Part shown: positions 26,101 to 38,900 of the stretch, piece after piece | How positions within the stretch are numbered: the stretch's first letter is position 1 | How the letters are laid out: every line of letters starts with the position of its first letter | NCBI GenBank assembly: GCA_030141605.1 | Contig: JAQGDQ010000112.1 | Location: 434,001 to 498,000, forward strand | Length of the DNA: 64,000 bases | Origin: Tubiluchus corallicola | Taxonomy: Eukaryota; Animalia; Priapulida | Direction: 5' to 3' | Position numbers and translations under genes: made by a program | The notes under the pieces: generated by a model | What the model was told of the DNA's origin: nothing | What the model saw: the letters and a program-made list of their open reading frames with translations, nothing else | Databases searched by the model: none

Positions 26101-29100
26101 AAGGGTGTAAGATAATTTCTTAAAACAAATATAATTTTGTTACCTCAGTAAACTTCTCTAAGTGTAGTGAGAGTTCTGGTCAAATTTAGGAGTAAAACGA
26201 AATCAAAATCTTTTTAAAATGATACATTTCAAGGGAAATGAGTTGTAAAAAAAGCTGACATTATTCAAAGGATCAACTTTAAAAAATATCTGAAGAAACA
26301 GTCTGATAAACTCATTTAAAATCAAAAGGGGAAAAGATGGAAAACTCATGACAAGAAATTTCTTGATCTTGATTTACTTTTGCCAACGACATGTTAATTC
26401 TAATGCAAGACATAAATACAATTTAAACACAGACAAGTTTTGAAATGTCCAAGATGCTTGTCTAAACACACTTAGACATCCAAGTACGTTGTAAATATTG
26501 CCCACAATAAAAACAAGTCGGCCACCACTCACCCCTTTCCCCACTGCAAATATCTTCCTTCCTCTTCAGCTTTTTGCTTTTCTTCCTTCCGCTTTTCTCT
26601 TCTTTCAGCTTTAAAGTCTCTCTTTTTACCCGTTTCACGATCTCTGTAGATGGGTTTTGCCAGTTTGCCAGACAACGCAGGGTCCATCTAAAATTTAATG
26701 ATAAGTTTCGGGTACTGTTAACAAATGAAAGGCATCTTATACAGGTGTACTTAAAAGTGGAGTGGTCACATTTATTAAATGTACTAAATGTTTACACGAC
26801 ACTAATTAAAAAATTCTGTTTACACGGTGTAGCTATTTGAATACCACAAAATTTAAAATTACCCAGTGCTGAAAATGTTTGATGCAATAGTGCAGTAATA
26901 AAGGTGCTGGTAATTATGCAGGTGCTTGTTCATGCTGCTTAGTCCAGACAAGGCAATCCATACAGTATGCTGCTTAAACCATACAATATAGTCCAGACGA
27001 CATAACACCTTATTTGTCAATATGCCTTACTGTATATGCCACTAAGCAGCAAATCATACCAATGATTATGAAATGAAGAAGTCACAAATTTCCATCAACC
27101 TTTGACCGCGTAATTTGTTTGGAGTAGAGTGCCGCAAAAATATCACATCTCAAACAAGGCTTTAAAACTCAACTAGCAGCTTGTACTTTTTGCAGACTTA
27201 CAGTATTATACAAAAGTTTGCTTGTGTGTGAAGCCACCGCTGCCGCCGCCACCACTAGCACCAAGCACCACCACCGCCATCACTACTATTACTACCACCG
27301 CTAATGCCGCCACCGACGAAGACCACAACTGACTAGTTCTGCAAGTTCGGGGCTATTCACCTAAATACACCCGCCTCCCTAATTTGATATCATGGAAATG
27401 TCAGTGACCACCACAATCACAAGGTGGTTACTCTACTACCATAACAGCTACAGTGGGTCAAAACTAGAAATTAAAGCAAGTGGGTGTCCACTACAGCTGT
27501 TACACAACAGCACAACCTATCAACTGTTACCTGTCACCTGCTAGCAAGGCTGGCAGTATGGTGTGGTACGAAAAATACCATACTTCGTACCTCTAAAAAA
27601 TACCATACCGTAATTCCGTACCGTACCCACAAAATCAAATCGTATCATACCAGTACAATAAAATATCATACCGTAATTTTGTACCAAATTCCATACAAGC
27701 ACATGTAGGATCTAATACAAAAAAGATAAAGGATGGCATAAAAAATAATTGTAAAAATGATAAGTTTATCAATTATTGTTATGAATCTATGCGTACTATA
27801 AAAACAGAACTGCCGTTTGAACTTCCATGCTATTTATTTTAGGTTACAAAAGTTACATGAAATGACGCATGAAATATAATATTTTGAGTTGCTTTTTCTT
27901 AATAAATAATTTTGTGGCAGACACCTCAAGTTACGGTCATTAACTAATTTTTAATGCATGGCTGTCTAAAATTACATGCTCACTAGTGACAAATTCTTAA
28001 TGATGATGTAAGCTATGCAGGTTAATGTGTTAGGTCGAATTTCTTTCATTGACAAAGCAAATATTTAACTCAGACGTTGCACTCAAGCTATGTTGATCTT
28101 TTGAAACAACAAGGAATGTAAGTAAAAATTGCACACAAAAAAGGTGCAATTTTTTACCATGTACAGGACTGTACGTTTCTATACAATTGTGAGAAATAGC
28201 AGTTAAAGCAGTAGCGGTGTAACATGAATAGGTGTCAAATGGGGTAAGCAATAGACCCAGTTTGTTTACATACAACAACAAAGGTAAAGTAATTTACAGG
28301 AAAGACAACCGCAGCTTCTAAACAACTTGCCACTTTTTCATCCAAAGTGAACCAATCTACCTGTTTTGTTTGCGTGTGTTCTGTGTTAATTAGGAGAGAA
28401 CAATAAATCCCCACACGAGGCAAACAAGTCATCACGTTGAGTTGCTGACCATGGAAACGTTACAAGAAGCTGAGTAAAATGATACGTAAAAGGTATGAAA
28501 AAATACTGTAGTTTCATACAGTACTGTACTGTTGAAAAAAGACTACCATAATTTCATACTGTACCATACTGTCAGCCTTGCCTTCTGGAAAATTTAATTT
28601 CTCCTCACTTTTATAAACAATGTGACAAACACATAATCGTTGTTACTCCAAACAGCTGTGACTAATAGTTCTATCAATCTTGATAATAGCCAGTTTCTAC
28701 ATGAATTAAATACTCAAATAAAAGACACACTAAAAGTAAATAAATAAATAAAAATTTTATTTACCTCCTCAAAAAGTTTATCTTCTCGGGTTTGTGCCTT
28801 AGTATTCTCAGTTCTCATCAGTGAAGCGCTTTGTAAGCCGGCTTTGACACCAGAAGCCATTTTGGTTAATTTCCCAGGCTCTTCATCGCGCTTGAGTTCT
28901 TTTCTCCTAACCCGTGATTGGTCACTATCTGATTCATGTCGTTTCCTCCTAACTGGCGATTGGTCACTATCTGATTCGTGTCGTTTTCTCCTAACTGGTG
29001 ACTGGTCACTATCTGATTCATGTCGTTTCCTCCTAACTGGTGATTGGTCACTATCTGATGCATGTCGTTTCCTCCTAACTGGTGATTGGTCACTATCTGA

Positions 29101-32100
29101 TGCATGTCGTTTTCTGCTAACTGGCGAATGGTCACGACCCAACTTGTGTGGTTTTCTTCTTACTGACAAATGGTCACTATCAGATCTCTGTGAGGCTTTC
29201 CTGGCAAGAGACTGATTGTTATCTGACCTGTGAGGTTTCCTGATAGGCAATTGGTCATGGCTAAAACTATGCCTGTGGTCTACTGTAGTCAAGATTCGAT
29301 CATTGGAGCTAGGAAGAACTTTGTTGGTCGACCATTTTTTTAAGCCAGAGTCCCGCATTTTGTCTCTGTTGGACAAATCGTTATCTTTGTAACTATAATC
29401 TTTTGTTTTTGCTAGTGCCTGGTCACTGGCAGAATGTTGCATATGCGGTTGGCCACTGTCCAAGTTGTGGCATTGTTTTCTGACAGGTGATTGGTCACTG
29501 TCAGATCCATGATGTTGTTTTCTCAGAGGTGACTGGTCACTGTCCGAATCAGGACATTTTCTAACAGGTGATTGGTCACTGTCTGAATCATGACGTTGTT
29601 TTCTGACAGGTGATTGGTCACTGTCAGAATCATGACGTTGTTTTCTAACAGGTGATTGGTCATCGTCAGAATCACGACGCTGTTTTCTAACGGGTGATTG
29701 GTCACTATCAGAATCACCATATTGCTTTTTTAATGCTGACTGATTTGCATTAGCACCATGAGTTCTCTGCTTAGCAGATAAAGCAGCATTAATATTATCC
29801 TCCTTGTCAGCTAAAAATAAAATGTTTGATGTTTCATGTTTGCACTTAGATCAAATGACTCACTGATAGTCTGTTGATTCGTAGTTGATTACCAGTTGTC
29901 TGTATTGACTTCTAGTTAACATCATATAGAAACTGAACTTTGGTACCAACAGGCACTGCAGAATGAAGCACAAGGTAATCAGCTATACTACTCACATGTT
30001 TTCATTCCGTTTGTTTATTGTACAAAAACCTTTGTTCAATTGCAAGTAAAGCTTTAGTTGTGAAAGGCTTAGGCTCTCCTTGTTAAAGTTATAGTCTAAA
30101 GGAAAACAGGATGATTTTTTATGTCCTACCCAGTTTTGAAGTGTGGTAAAAAGTATACATTTTAACATCAGTAATACTGCAAAACCATTTCTGATAACTA
30201 CATAACAGATTAAAAACTTAATTAAAGGCAGACTAGCCCAACTATTGATGACATCACAAATGAACATAATTTTCAACAGCACAAAACTTCTATGAGTGTG
30301 TTGCACGTGTTTGTGAATGCAAAAACTGAAGTACAGTGCTACTATATGAGATATACTAAAATTCTGCAAGTTTTCGAATGTTTGTACTATGTTAAAAATA
30401 AACTCCTCTGAACTGAGAGGTACAACACCTGTTTTTTTGGAAACACATTTTTGAAATGCAGGCAGTAGTGCCCAGCTAGCTAAAGAATGGTGAAATGCAT
30501 GTAACAGCAAGGAATTAGCCGCGCGAATGTGAAATTGAGTTTGTTGGATAATAATTCTTTCACGTAATAAGTCATTTTTGGAAAAATAGTATGTTCCTTT
30601 TGAATATTTTAAAGAGTAGGTTGTTTAAGATTGAGTCTGGTTTTCCTTTCGTGGCTCTCAAAACAATAAACGCTTTCATTTTACATTTCACAAAGTTGCA
30701 AAATGCCTTTACATGTTAATTACTTTCCATTTAATCCATACCTATAGTTTTCCAACGTGGATCTGCACGATATGCTTCCAGTTTTTTCACGTGCTCTGGT
30801 CTTTCATCTATGACAGCAGCAATCTAAACATTGATTAGAAACTAGTACGAATTTGCAAAGCAAAAGTCACTGATGTTATCAGCATCCTAAACTTTGGCAA
30901 AATATTTCACAAAATCAGTAAAGAAAATGATATAAAAATAATATCGTAATAATTAAGCAAATTTATCTTTCAACAATGGTAATACGTTCCAGTAAACACC
31001 TCAATTGCAACTCAAATTCAGAACACTCAAATGCCTTTTTTCTCATGCAGTGTGCAAATTTCCTTTAATTTTACAAAGAAAAAGAGGAATGTTATATAAG
31101 AGAACTATGTCCGACTCCTATCGGCCAAGGCTTGTATAAGCAGTGTGCATAAAAATGTTGCTTTTTACTATCAACATTACTTACCAAGGGAGCTTCATCT
31201 TCATCATCTTCATCAGAGTTTACTTTTCCATTGTCGGGTGGCGTAGAAATCCTTAAATCAACGTCAGCATCAACAATTGTTAACCTGTAAAAACAACATA
31301 AGATTTAACACAAAACAAAATTCTAAAAAGCATGATAAGCATGTGCAATACAGTAAGTCCTCGCTTAATGACGTTTCGTTTTAACGACGCTAAATATTTA
31401 ACACCCTTTTCTCACTTAACGGTGCATTTTTCATTTTCACCATGATTTTTTCGGAAACCCATTTTTTATTTTATCAACAACATTTTTTATTGTAATTATT
31501 TTAATCTAAAGATACCTAGCAACATGAAACAGTACGATTTTCATTTATATTATCGCTTCCTGACTGAATGTTAGCCAGTGTATAAAGAGAGAGTTGTTTG
31601 CAGGCACCTGGAAGCAAACTATGCAAGGAACTTTAACTGCAACCTGTTGGTATAGCAACCAATATTTAGACCAAATTGTCTCAAGATCTTCCTGACCTTA
31701 GCATTTACTAGGCAGTATACAACCCATAACTGCATAGTCAGGGCTTCAACGTTAATGCCAGCTAGGCATTTTTAAGAATTATATGGGTAGTTTTAAGAAA
31801 TCAGAAAGAAAGAAAGCATTTAATTTATATGAATTAAGTAGCACTGATTTTTGCCTCTGGAACGTATCTCAATTCTTTTACATTACTTTCTATAGACGTC
31901 TTGGTTTCGTTTAATGACGTTTCACTTAATGTCGCATTTTGCTGGAATGCATTAGTGTCATTAAATGAGGACTTGCTGTATTTTGAAAGTTTATCTAAGG
32001 CCTAAGCTATATTTATAGCAGTTTGTGAAATTTAAGGATGTACAAAATTTTATAATACATCTACCTTGATTTGCCCTGCTGCTCAGTTGATTTCTTTTTC

Positions 32101-32165
32101 TTCTTCTTCTTGCCTGCTTTTTCCGGTGATAAATAACGTTTCAGATATTCCTGCTTAGTTGACAT
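23116..32165 (-). CDS. BUD13: BUD13 homolog (RES complex splicing and retention factor), 8 coding exons
   Basis: Exons 32165-32065, 31284-31185, 30823-30742, 29810-28765, 26687-26533, 25187-25000, 24137-24023, 23176-23116. N-terminus [13 protein letters not shown]; [12 protein letters not shown] repeats; SGVKAGL; [23 protein letters not shown]; C-terminus [21 protein letters not shown]...AYKWSVEDM*. Confidence 0.95.
23305..23730. repeat. Degenerate pentanucleotide microsatellite (CTTGT/CCTTG/CTTAC)n in the last BUD13 intron
   Basis: Direct reading shows about 420 bp of 5-bp periodic pyrimidine-rich units. Confidence 0.9.
25285..25998. mobile_element. Kolobok/piggyBac-like MITE, copy 1 (BUD13 intron 5)
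   Basis: Ends AAAGGAAAAC...GTTTTCCTTTAA (TTAA-like target at the right end); the interior is homologous to 30096-30650. Confidence 0.65.
27545..28580. mobile_element. hAT-like non-autonomous element in BUD13 intron 4
   Basis: TIRs CAAGGCTGGCAGTATGGTGTGGTACGAAA and (reverse complement) CAAGGCTGACAGTATGGTACAGTATGAAA; subterminal ATACC/GTACC repeats; 8-bp flanks CCTGCTAG and CCTTCTGG (6/8 match). Confidence 0.75.
28905..29720 (-). repeat. Two blocks of 42-bp coding tandem repeats in BUD13 exon 4
   Basis: 14-aa units RRKRH(A/E)SDSDQSPV (about 28905-29130) and [14 protein letters not shown] (about 29480-29720), separated by degenerate units. Confidence 0.9.
30096..30650. mobile_element. Kolobok/piggyBac-like MITE, copy 2 (BUD13 intron 3)
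   Basis: Ends CTAAAGGAAAACAG...CTGGTTTTCCTTT; colinear similarity to 25285-25998 (e.g. TATACATTTTAACA, AATACTGCAAAA, AATTTTCAACAGC, CACGTGTTTG). Confidence 0.65.
31349..31980. mobile_element. pogo/Tigger-like MITE in BUD13 intron 1
   Basis: TIRs TA-CAGTAAGTCCTCGCTTAATGAC and GTCATTAAATGAGGACTTGCTG-TA, with a TA target duplication. Confidence 0.85.
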
Positions 32166-32724
32166 TATTTTCTTTGTGTAAATAGACAACCTGCAAATGC
32201 CGTAAGCCCTGTAATTAAGCATTTACCATTTATCATCTTTACAGCCAAGTCCTATTCGGCTGATCACTTAGTCCTTATAATAATTTCATTTAGGACATAG
32301 TTTAAGGATAACACCTTAAGTAACTCAAAACTTATTTCCAAGGTGGCCCCGATTATTATTACCCACACGTTACTTCGATAAACCCGAATTTTTAAATTAT
32401 GTCCTGTAGTTTTTTAGTCAACAACAAAATGGAAGAAATTTTCAAGCAAAATGCTTTCTTTCCCAATTAGTATAAAGTAATGTAAATTATCTCCATGAGC
32501 CAAAGGTGGCCAAATTGAAATACTTTAATCTTTCTAAATATGCGAGCTTTTTGCAACCAAGTGTTATTTTTAAGCACGCCTTTTCACTCCTTCCATAAGC
32601 AATACGTCTTTATAAATGGAAAATCTCGAAATAAATTCACCTCACACATTAGACGTTACTCAGTCTGGATAGGATAGGCTTAAGAATACAAGAACAACAA
32701 TAATTTTCAAGCATAAACATAAAG

Positions 32725-32895
32725 TTTCTGCAATATAGTCATCATCATCATCATCCAATGAATCATACGTCCAGGGACATAATTCTGCTCACCTCCCTAT
32801 GCCAGGACTATTGCAATGCCCCAAGTGCATTTATTTCTAAAGATCAATAGTGAAGTGTTTAAATCTTTCTGCAATATAGTCATCATCATCATCAT
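32725..32895. repeat. 30-bp direct repeat flanking a 111-bp insert between BUD13 and PAFAH1B
   Basis: TTTCTGCAATATAGTCATCATCATCATCAT at 32725-32754 and 32866-32895. Confidence 0.85.
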
Positions 32896-33599
32896 ACGAC
32901 CGTCACGTTTATTGTAGACATTGGGCAGGCAGAATTCTAAAATAAAAGAAATCTGCTTTCAGACAGGTAAACGCAGCAACATGGGCAATACCAAATATCT
33001 TGCTTTTGTTAATGTGCTTTTGCTACACGTGAACAAAAATTGTATGATTTCCCAGATTGCGTCCAGGTGTCGACTTACTTCGGCTGTTTTAGTAGGTTTT
33101 TGCAGGTGTGAAATCTTTTCGGTCACATATTAAAGGTATTATTCTTGATTTATCTTAAAAGCGACCCTCAAATACCACACTGTTTTAAAATTTTGAGATT
33201 ATATATCATCTTATAGCTGATTGTAGATGATTGATCGTACAATGTTGATGATTGATTGTACAATGGGGCATACAGAGTAAAAAATAGATGATAAAATTTT
33301 AGTACGAAGATGCTCAGCTTTACGTCCCATGCTAAGGCAATGTGGGATAATTCCAAACTTTAGCTTTTCATAGTAAGAGAGATCTTCAGAGTTTCCTACA
33401 GTTACAGTTTATATTTTTAAGAAAATCTGGCTTAAACTTAGCTAATGTATTAATATTATGTATCCCCAATTTAAAATCTTGGATGAACAAGTGATGTATA
33501 AAATGCTGCAGAAACTGATCTAGCTGTTATCCAAAGTGTGGGAAAAACCAGTCCTCCTTTAGGGACACACAATTACAACTAATATTTATATAGATTATG

Positions 33600-34380
33600 A
33601 GTTATCCAAAGAAAGTTTCTTAGAATCCCCTGTAATCTTAGAAAAAGAGAACATCTTAGTTTAACATGTTTTAAAACTAATAAAATTTTAACTGTTGATG
33701 ATTTAATACAGATGAATACAGCTACATACATGTATAAAACTAAATATCATCTTTTTCCAACATTCTTTAGTAATCGAGTCCAACCAAATAATCAGCATTT
33801 CGCAACCAGAATGAATGAGTTTGTCGTAAAGTTCTGTAGAATAGACGTGGCATGGCAATTCATTGCAAATGTTGGTCCAAGGCTTTGGAATGACATAAAT
33901 GATGAATTAAAAACTGTTCAGCTGATTCAACAAATTAAAAAGAAATATAGAGCAATGATTCTCAACAAGTACAACACTTCCTAATATCCTACACCTACTG
34001 TAGCAGTCGTACCACAATCCTGGTACAGATTATGCAAAACAAGGCATCATTGATAAATCTTTAGAGCTGATGTAAACATCGCACAATCTACTATCTTTCT
34101 TCCTACCATTTCCACTAACACTTCCTTCTACCCTTCCTGTGTGATCTAACCTTTCTCCCAGTTCTTTTTTGTTCACTCACCCATTTTTTTTCGGGTTCAC
34201 ATGACAGTGGGCTTATACAAGCCTTTGCTTCTCTAGCCCACTGCAGTACAATTATTCTTTTATGATAACAATAGTGTATGAAACATAATAATTTAATACA
34301 ATATGACGGAACAATCTGATGTCACTGTGTGTTTAATGTCATTATGTTGTACTGAATGTGATAATAACAAAACTTCAACT
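33600..34380 (+). mobile_element. 3' end of an L2/Crack-group LINE (ORF terminus plus probable 3'UTR)
   Basis: ORF 33712-33984 ends ...MYK....P..F......TR......GPRLWNDINDELK......KKKYRAMILNKY, typical of L2-group ORF2 ends; a GGGCTT-ATAC-AAGCC hairpin lies downstream. Boundaries are approximate. Confidence 0.6.
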
Positions 34381-35955
34381 TCAGTACTGGGAGTTTGTTA
34401 CACTTTGTCACTTTACTAATTCTATATTATGTACTATATAATGTAGCCTAAAATACAACTCGATATCCTTTTAAAAGTTAACTAACACTTTGACTTAATA
34501 TCAATAAAAAGAGTTAGATGCAGTTAGTTGAAAATTTAGTTCCTTCTGGTAAAAAGCAGTGGCATGGTATTCTGTGCGTGTATGGGGTTGGGATGTGCAG
34601 ACCACACAGTGTGTTCCCTTTGGCAGGGTGGCTGATTTTGGTCAAGGTTGGCAGCATCAAATACAAGTGGGTACTAGTCAAAAACTATGGTGCAATATTT
34701 CCTTAGATGTATATTATAACTTCTATACATTTATACTTGCTGTAGTTGAAGGAATGTTGTGTTGGCCAATTAGACTACCACATTTGCAAACTTAGTACAT
34801 GATTCTACATGAATATTTGTGTATTTTTGTGAATGTTTAATGGTGAATAAAAGTAAAAGTACTAATACTTTCTTTCAAGGTATTCCAGATAAAACATCTT
34901 TAACTGCCAAGAAAACCCTTTAATTTCTATGAACTGTTTTAGACGTATCTGCGAGTCTTACCTAGGTATACCTGTGCTGTACCAGCAAATCTATCAGACT
35001 CTTTGCCTCCAATTTTTTCTATCTTTTTAGCGTGCTAAATCTGTTGCGCAAGTATCTGTTGGTGAAATGTAGAAGTGATTACTATTTATTATTGTAGTGT
35101 CCAGTCAGGTTGAAATGTGTTATGGTGCCTCCCCGAATGGTATGCTAGCCATTTGCCAAGTTATTTTTAAAGTGGTTTGGACTTCTTGCATTCCTAACAT
35201 GTATGCCAAGTTTATTCCAATCATTGACTACTCGGAAAGTGAAAGATTCTTCTTGTTGCAGCTACGCTTGGAGATCTTATGCTATATATAACAGTTGACT
35301 TGAAAATAACTTTCGAAATTTAATTTAGTATCGATGCTGAAAGTTAAAAATGTGATTAACATATTAACATAACAGTTTTCGTCCATTTGTTCGGAACATG
35401 ATAGTTCATGCAATGCTGGTACCAAGCTGGTTGCTTGTCTCTGGTTGTTTTCTACCTTGCTGATATGTTCTAGCTTAAGGGATAATATATTACATCTCCA
35501 TAATCCATTACTAGGCATACAATGATTTTGTACACTATTAAAAACATCTAACAGACTTACAGTCTAAATACATAAATGCCCAGCGAATACGCCACAGTTA
35601 TTCTTAATAAATTTTGAAAGTTTGCTTCAGCAGTCATAAGCTTTGACCTTCAGAATTAATCTTATATTTGATAGCATATCAAAGTTTGGGCAATGTATAA
35701 GTAAATCATATTAATGGGGGATGACAGTCATCAGTATCAAAAAACTGAATTCAGTTTTGGTCAGAAACCCTCAAACAGTTTGAGCTTTTTGCAGCTTTAT
35801 GCTTTATTCAGAAAGCCATGTGGTGATTTTCTGACCGTAACATGAAAGCAAATGTTTGGATGATTAAGACACCAGAGTTGTGTTGTTGCCATTAATTGTT
35901 AGATGTTTATGTAAGCGCTGAACGTTGAATGACGTTTCCTTATTACAGGAGAGAA

Positions 35956-38900
35956 ATGTCAAATCCTGCTGCTGTGCCGACGCCCGTAGAAGATGTTCAA
36001 GGTGATCGACGATGGATGAATTTGGTTAGTGCAAATTTGCCATGTTGGTGTATCTTAAGTAGTGCTGGGCGATTAATGGATTAATTGAATTAATCGTGAT
36101 TACAGCCAGTATATAAATTGATATAAACGGCGATTGAACAGTAATTCAAATTGCGAGATTAATCAGGAGCAAAATATACGTGTTACTCACTGACTAAACG
36201 CTAGTATTTTTGCACAAATAAACAGAATCTTTGTGCTTTTTCTTCATTTTTCTCACCTTACACAATAGGTACAATTGCGAACAACAGTGTTGCAAACTGG
36301 AGGCTTCAAATTCATTGACACAGTGACACATGTAGTGACGTAGTCATAGTGTAGTTACTTGAAAAAGTAGCGCATGCCTATAAAAATAAGCACAAGTACA
36401 AAAAGAAGCTATAGGCTACATTTCTCTGCAATCTATAAGTGAAACACAAAAAATCGTCGCAGAACATTAATCGTGATATCGAATGACAAGAACAAGATTA
36501 TAGTTGAGTTACAAAATTTCAAAATCACCCATCACTAATGTTGAGCAACTCATTTATTGTAACTATATCTTATACTAGTTAATTGCTTCGTATCACTTAA
36601 TGATTAGTAAGGTCTTATGAAAACATTTTACATTAAGTCAGAAATGTGGAAAGCCTTTCCCTGTAATAACATTACAGATAGCATTAGTTCCATCAATGAT
36701 TAAATGATAAATAACATGTATATTTCCTTCATAATGGTTTATAGTTACTAAGAATGCTAAAGTTTACAATTCCCTACACACAAGAAATTAGTTCACAAAG
36801 TGGGTTAGGATTAGTCTAGGGTATGGTTGGGGTTTAGCATTATGATTAGTTAGAGTCAGGGTGAGGATTAGGATATTTAAATTGTGTGGGCAATTGTAAA
36901 CTTCCACTGAAAATTATAGTACTGCAAAGTGCTGATGTTTGTTAAGTTTGTTTATTTTACAGCTTTTCTGCTAATTAACATGATCAAACATTTGAAGTTT
37001 TTTTAGTCACCATGAACAAACATTTGCGAATTTTTTCTACGATTCTTACTTTATTTCACATGTTTGTGTGTTTGTTTTTTAGCATGACCGGTATGTGGCG
37101 GAAACAAAGGAAAAGGAAGCAGATGTCGTTTTTATAGGAGATTCGTTGATCCAGTATTTAGAACATACAGAAGTAAGTTGGTCCTCATTTTTATAGAAAT
37201 ATTTAATTGGTTTTAATGGTAGATTTTGTGTTTCTGTGTAGTAATTCATGTTAGGTCTTCCCGTAATGCATAATTAAGCTGTATAAGTAGGATGAGAAAA
37301 AATGACTGAAGTGTAACTGAAGTGTTAGTTACTAATTGTGTTTTCTTAGGTGTTAATGATATTAAATTCTATAGGAACATGTTATTCTGTGTAGCAGATG
37401 TGTTGCAGCATTGTCAAAATAGGAAGTAAGTAAATTCTATTTTATGAACTATGAAACAATAAGAAACTCACGGAGGCCTCCAGTGAGGGCTGCATACTGA
37501 TACAGCCAATAAATGATTTCATTGATTTGTGTGTTCAGTGTGTAACTTAAAGATGATTTGAAATCAGAGAGTAACATGGAATCTGTCATTTGTAGATATT
37601 TTGTAATGATCTTTTTTATATACTATTTTGTTAATTTGTATCGTGTTGCAGATCTGGGAGAAGAAAATATCTCAGTTTCACTGTATAAACTTTGGATGCA
37701 GCGCTGACACCACGGCTAATGTATTATGGAGATTACACAATGGCGAATTAGATTTTACCACTAAACCAAAGGTAAATTTTTGTAAGTGTACAAAGAGATG
37801 GTTGTCAAAGCCAAATTTTCAGTCCATTATTGTCACTTTAATCTCTAGTGAGACTTTTTTTGTGACAAAAACACTGATGTAAATAGTTTATATGGAGAAG
37901 AAGATAAGGTTAACAGCATGGTATATACTTAACCATTTAGACTACTCTCATCACTATTGTTAACTGTAGGCACAGTTATTTCATTTTCAAAGCCAGCAAG
38001 AAAGAACCACGATTGAAAATAAGATGACTATTACTGTCAAGTTCAGTGCCAAAGGAACGTGTGTTGGCCGAGTAATACATTTGGTTGCTGATCCAGTGAT
38101 TTTGTGTTCGAATCTGACGGTTGTTGGGTGGTATTCAAGCCAGTTACCACTCGAACATGACCATCTGGCTGCTTTCTTAGGCCTCCACCCTTGAGTATCT
38201 TGTCACATTTTAGGAAAGAAAAGTGGTTATGAGACGAGGGTTCAAAAATGAACATCTGTCTCAATGCATCTGGCTTTGAGCCATTCTTTTTCTTCGATGA
38301 TAAAACTTTCGAAAATGTGCAGGAATAGTTTAGTACATGATTATTTACTGAGTAATGATCATTTTTGGGTGCTTGTAATTACTGACAATATAACATTTCA
38401 GGTTTTACTTTTTGCTTTTGAAAAGATACTTTCTAAAGTGCCAGAGATACGAAATTTGTTTTTAGCCTTAGTATTTTGGCATTTTTTGCCAATGGTTGTC
38501 GCATACAGGTCAACTTATTAACCTCATCACCTCTGTTTTTGTTTGTTAATTAATGATGTTGGCATTATTGAAATCAGAAAAGACAGGAGCTTGAAATGGT
38601 TATCTCATTCTGTTATGAAATTATGTACAATTTCTCCCTTAGAAGCTTATGCTTAATTAACAAAAAGTAATTTTTATTGTTAAAAGTGAAAACCTAGTCA
38701 GTTCTTTTGTACTCACCTGTCCACTTGTTTATTGAAATCTACCAACAGTTTCTTGAAATGCATTGTAGACTAAATGTATAAACAGACTTTGAATCCTACT
38801 ATAGAAGAAATGGTTAATCAGCAAGAAATATAGATTCTAATCAATTATAGCGCACCTTGTTAAATTTGTTAAAATTTAAGCCATTTCTTAGTGGAACTGG

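Noticed and set aside
28844-29720. Repetitive ORFs in other frames and a CRISPR-like periodic look
   Set aside because: These are contiguous 42-bp coding repeats of BUD13 with no unique spacers, in a eukaryotic gene.
29992-30510. 172-aa minus-strand ORF, similar to the ORF at 25272-25496
   Set aside because: It lies within two MITE copies; the frame is not conserved between them and no transposase motif is visible.
38060-38125. Possible tRNA genes here and at 60880-60955
   Set aside because: Only A/B-box-like motifs are present; acceptor and anticodon stems cannot be formed, so they are treated as SINE remnants.
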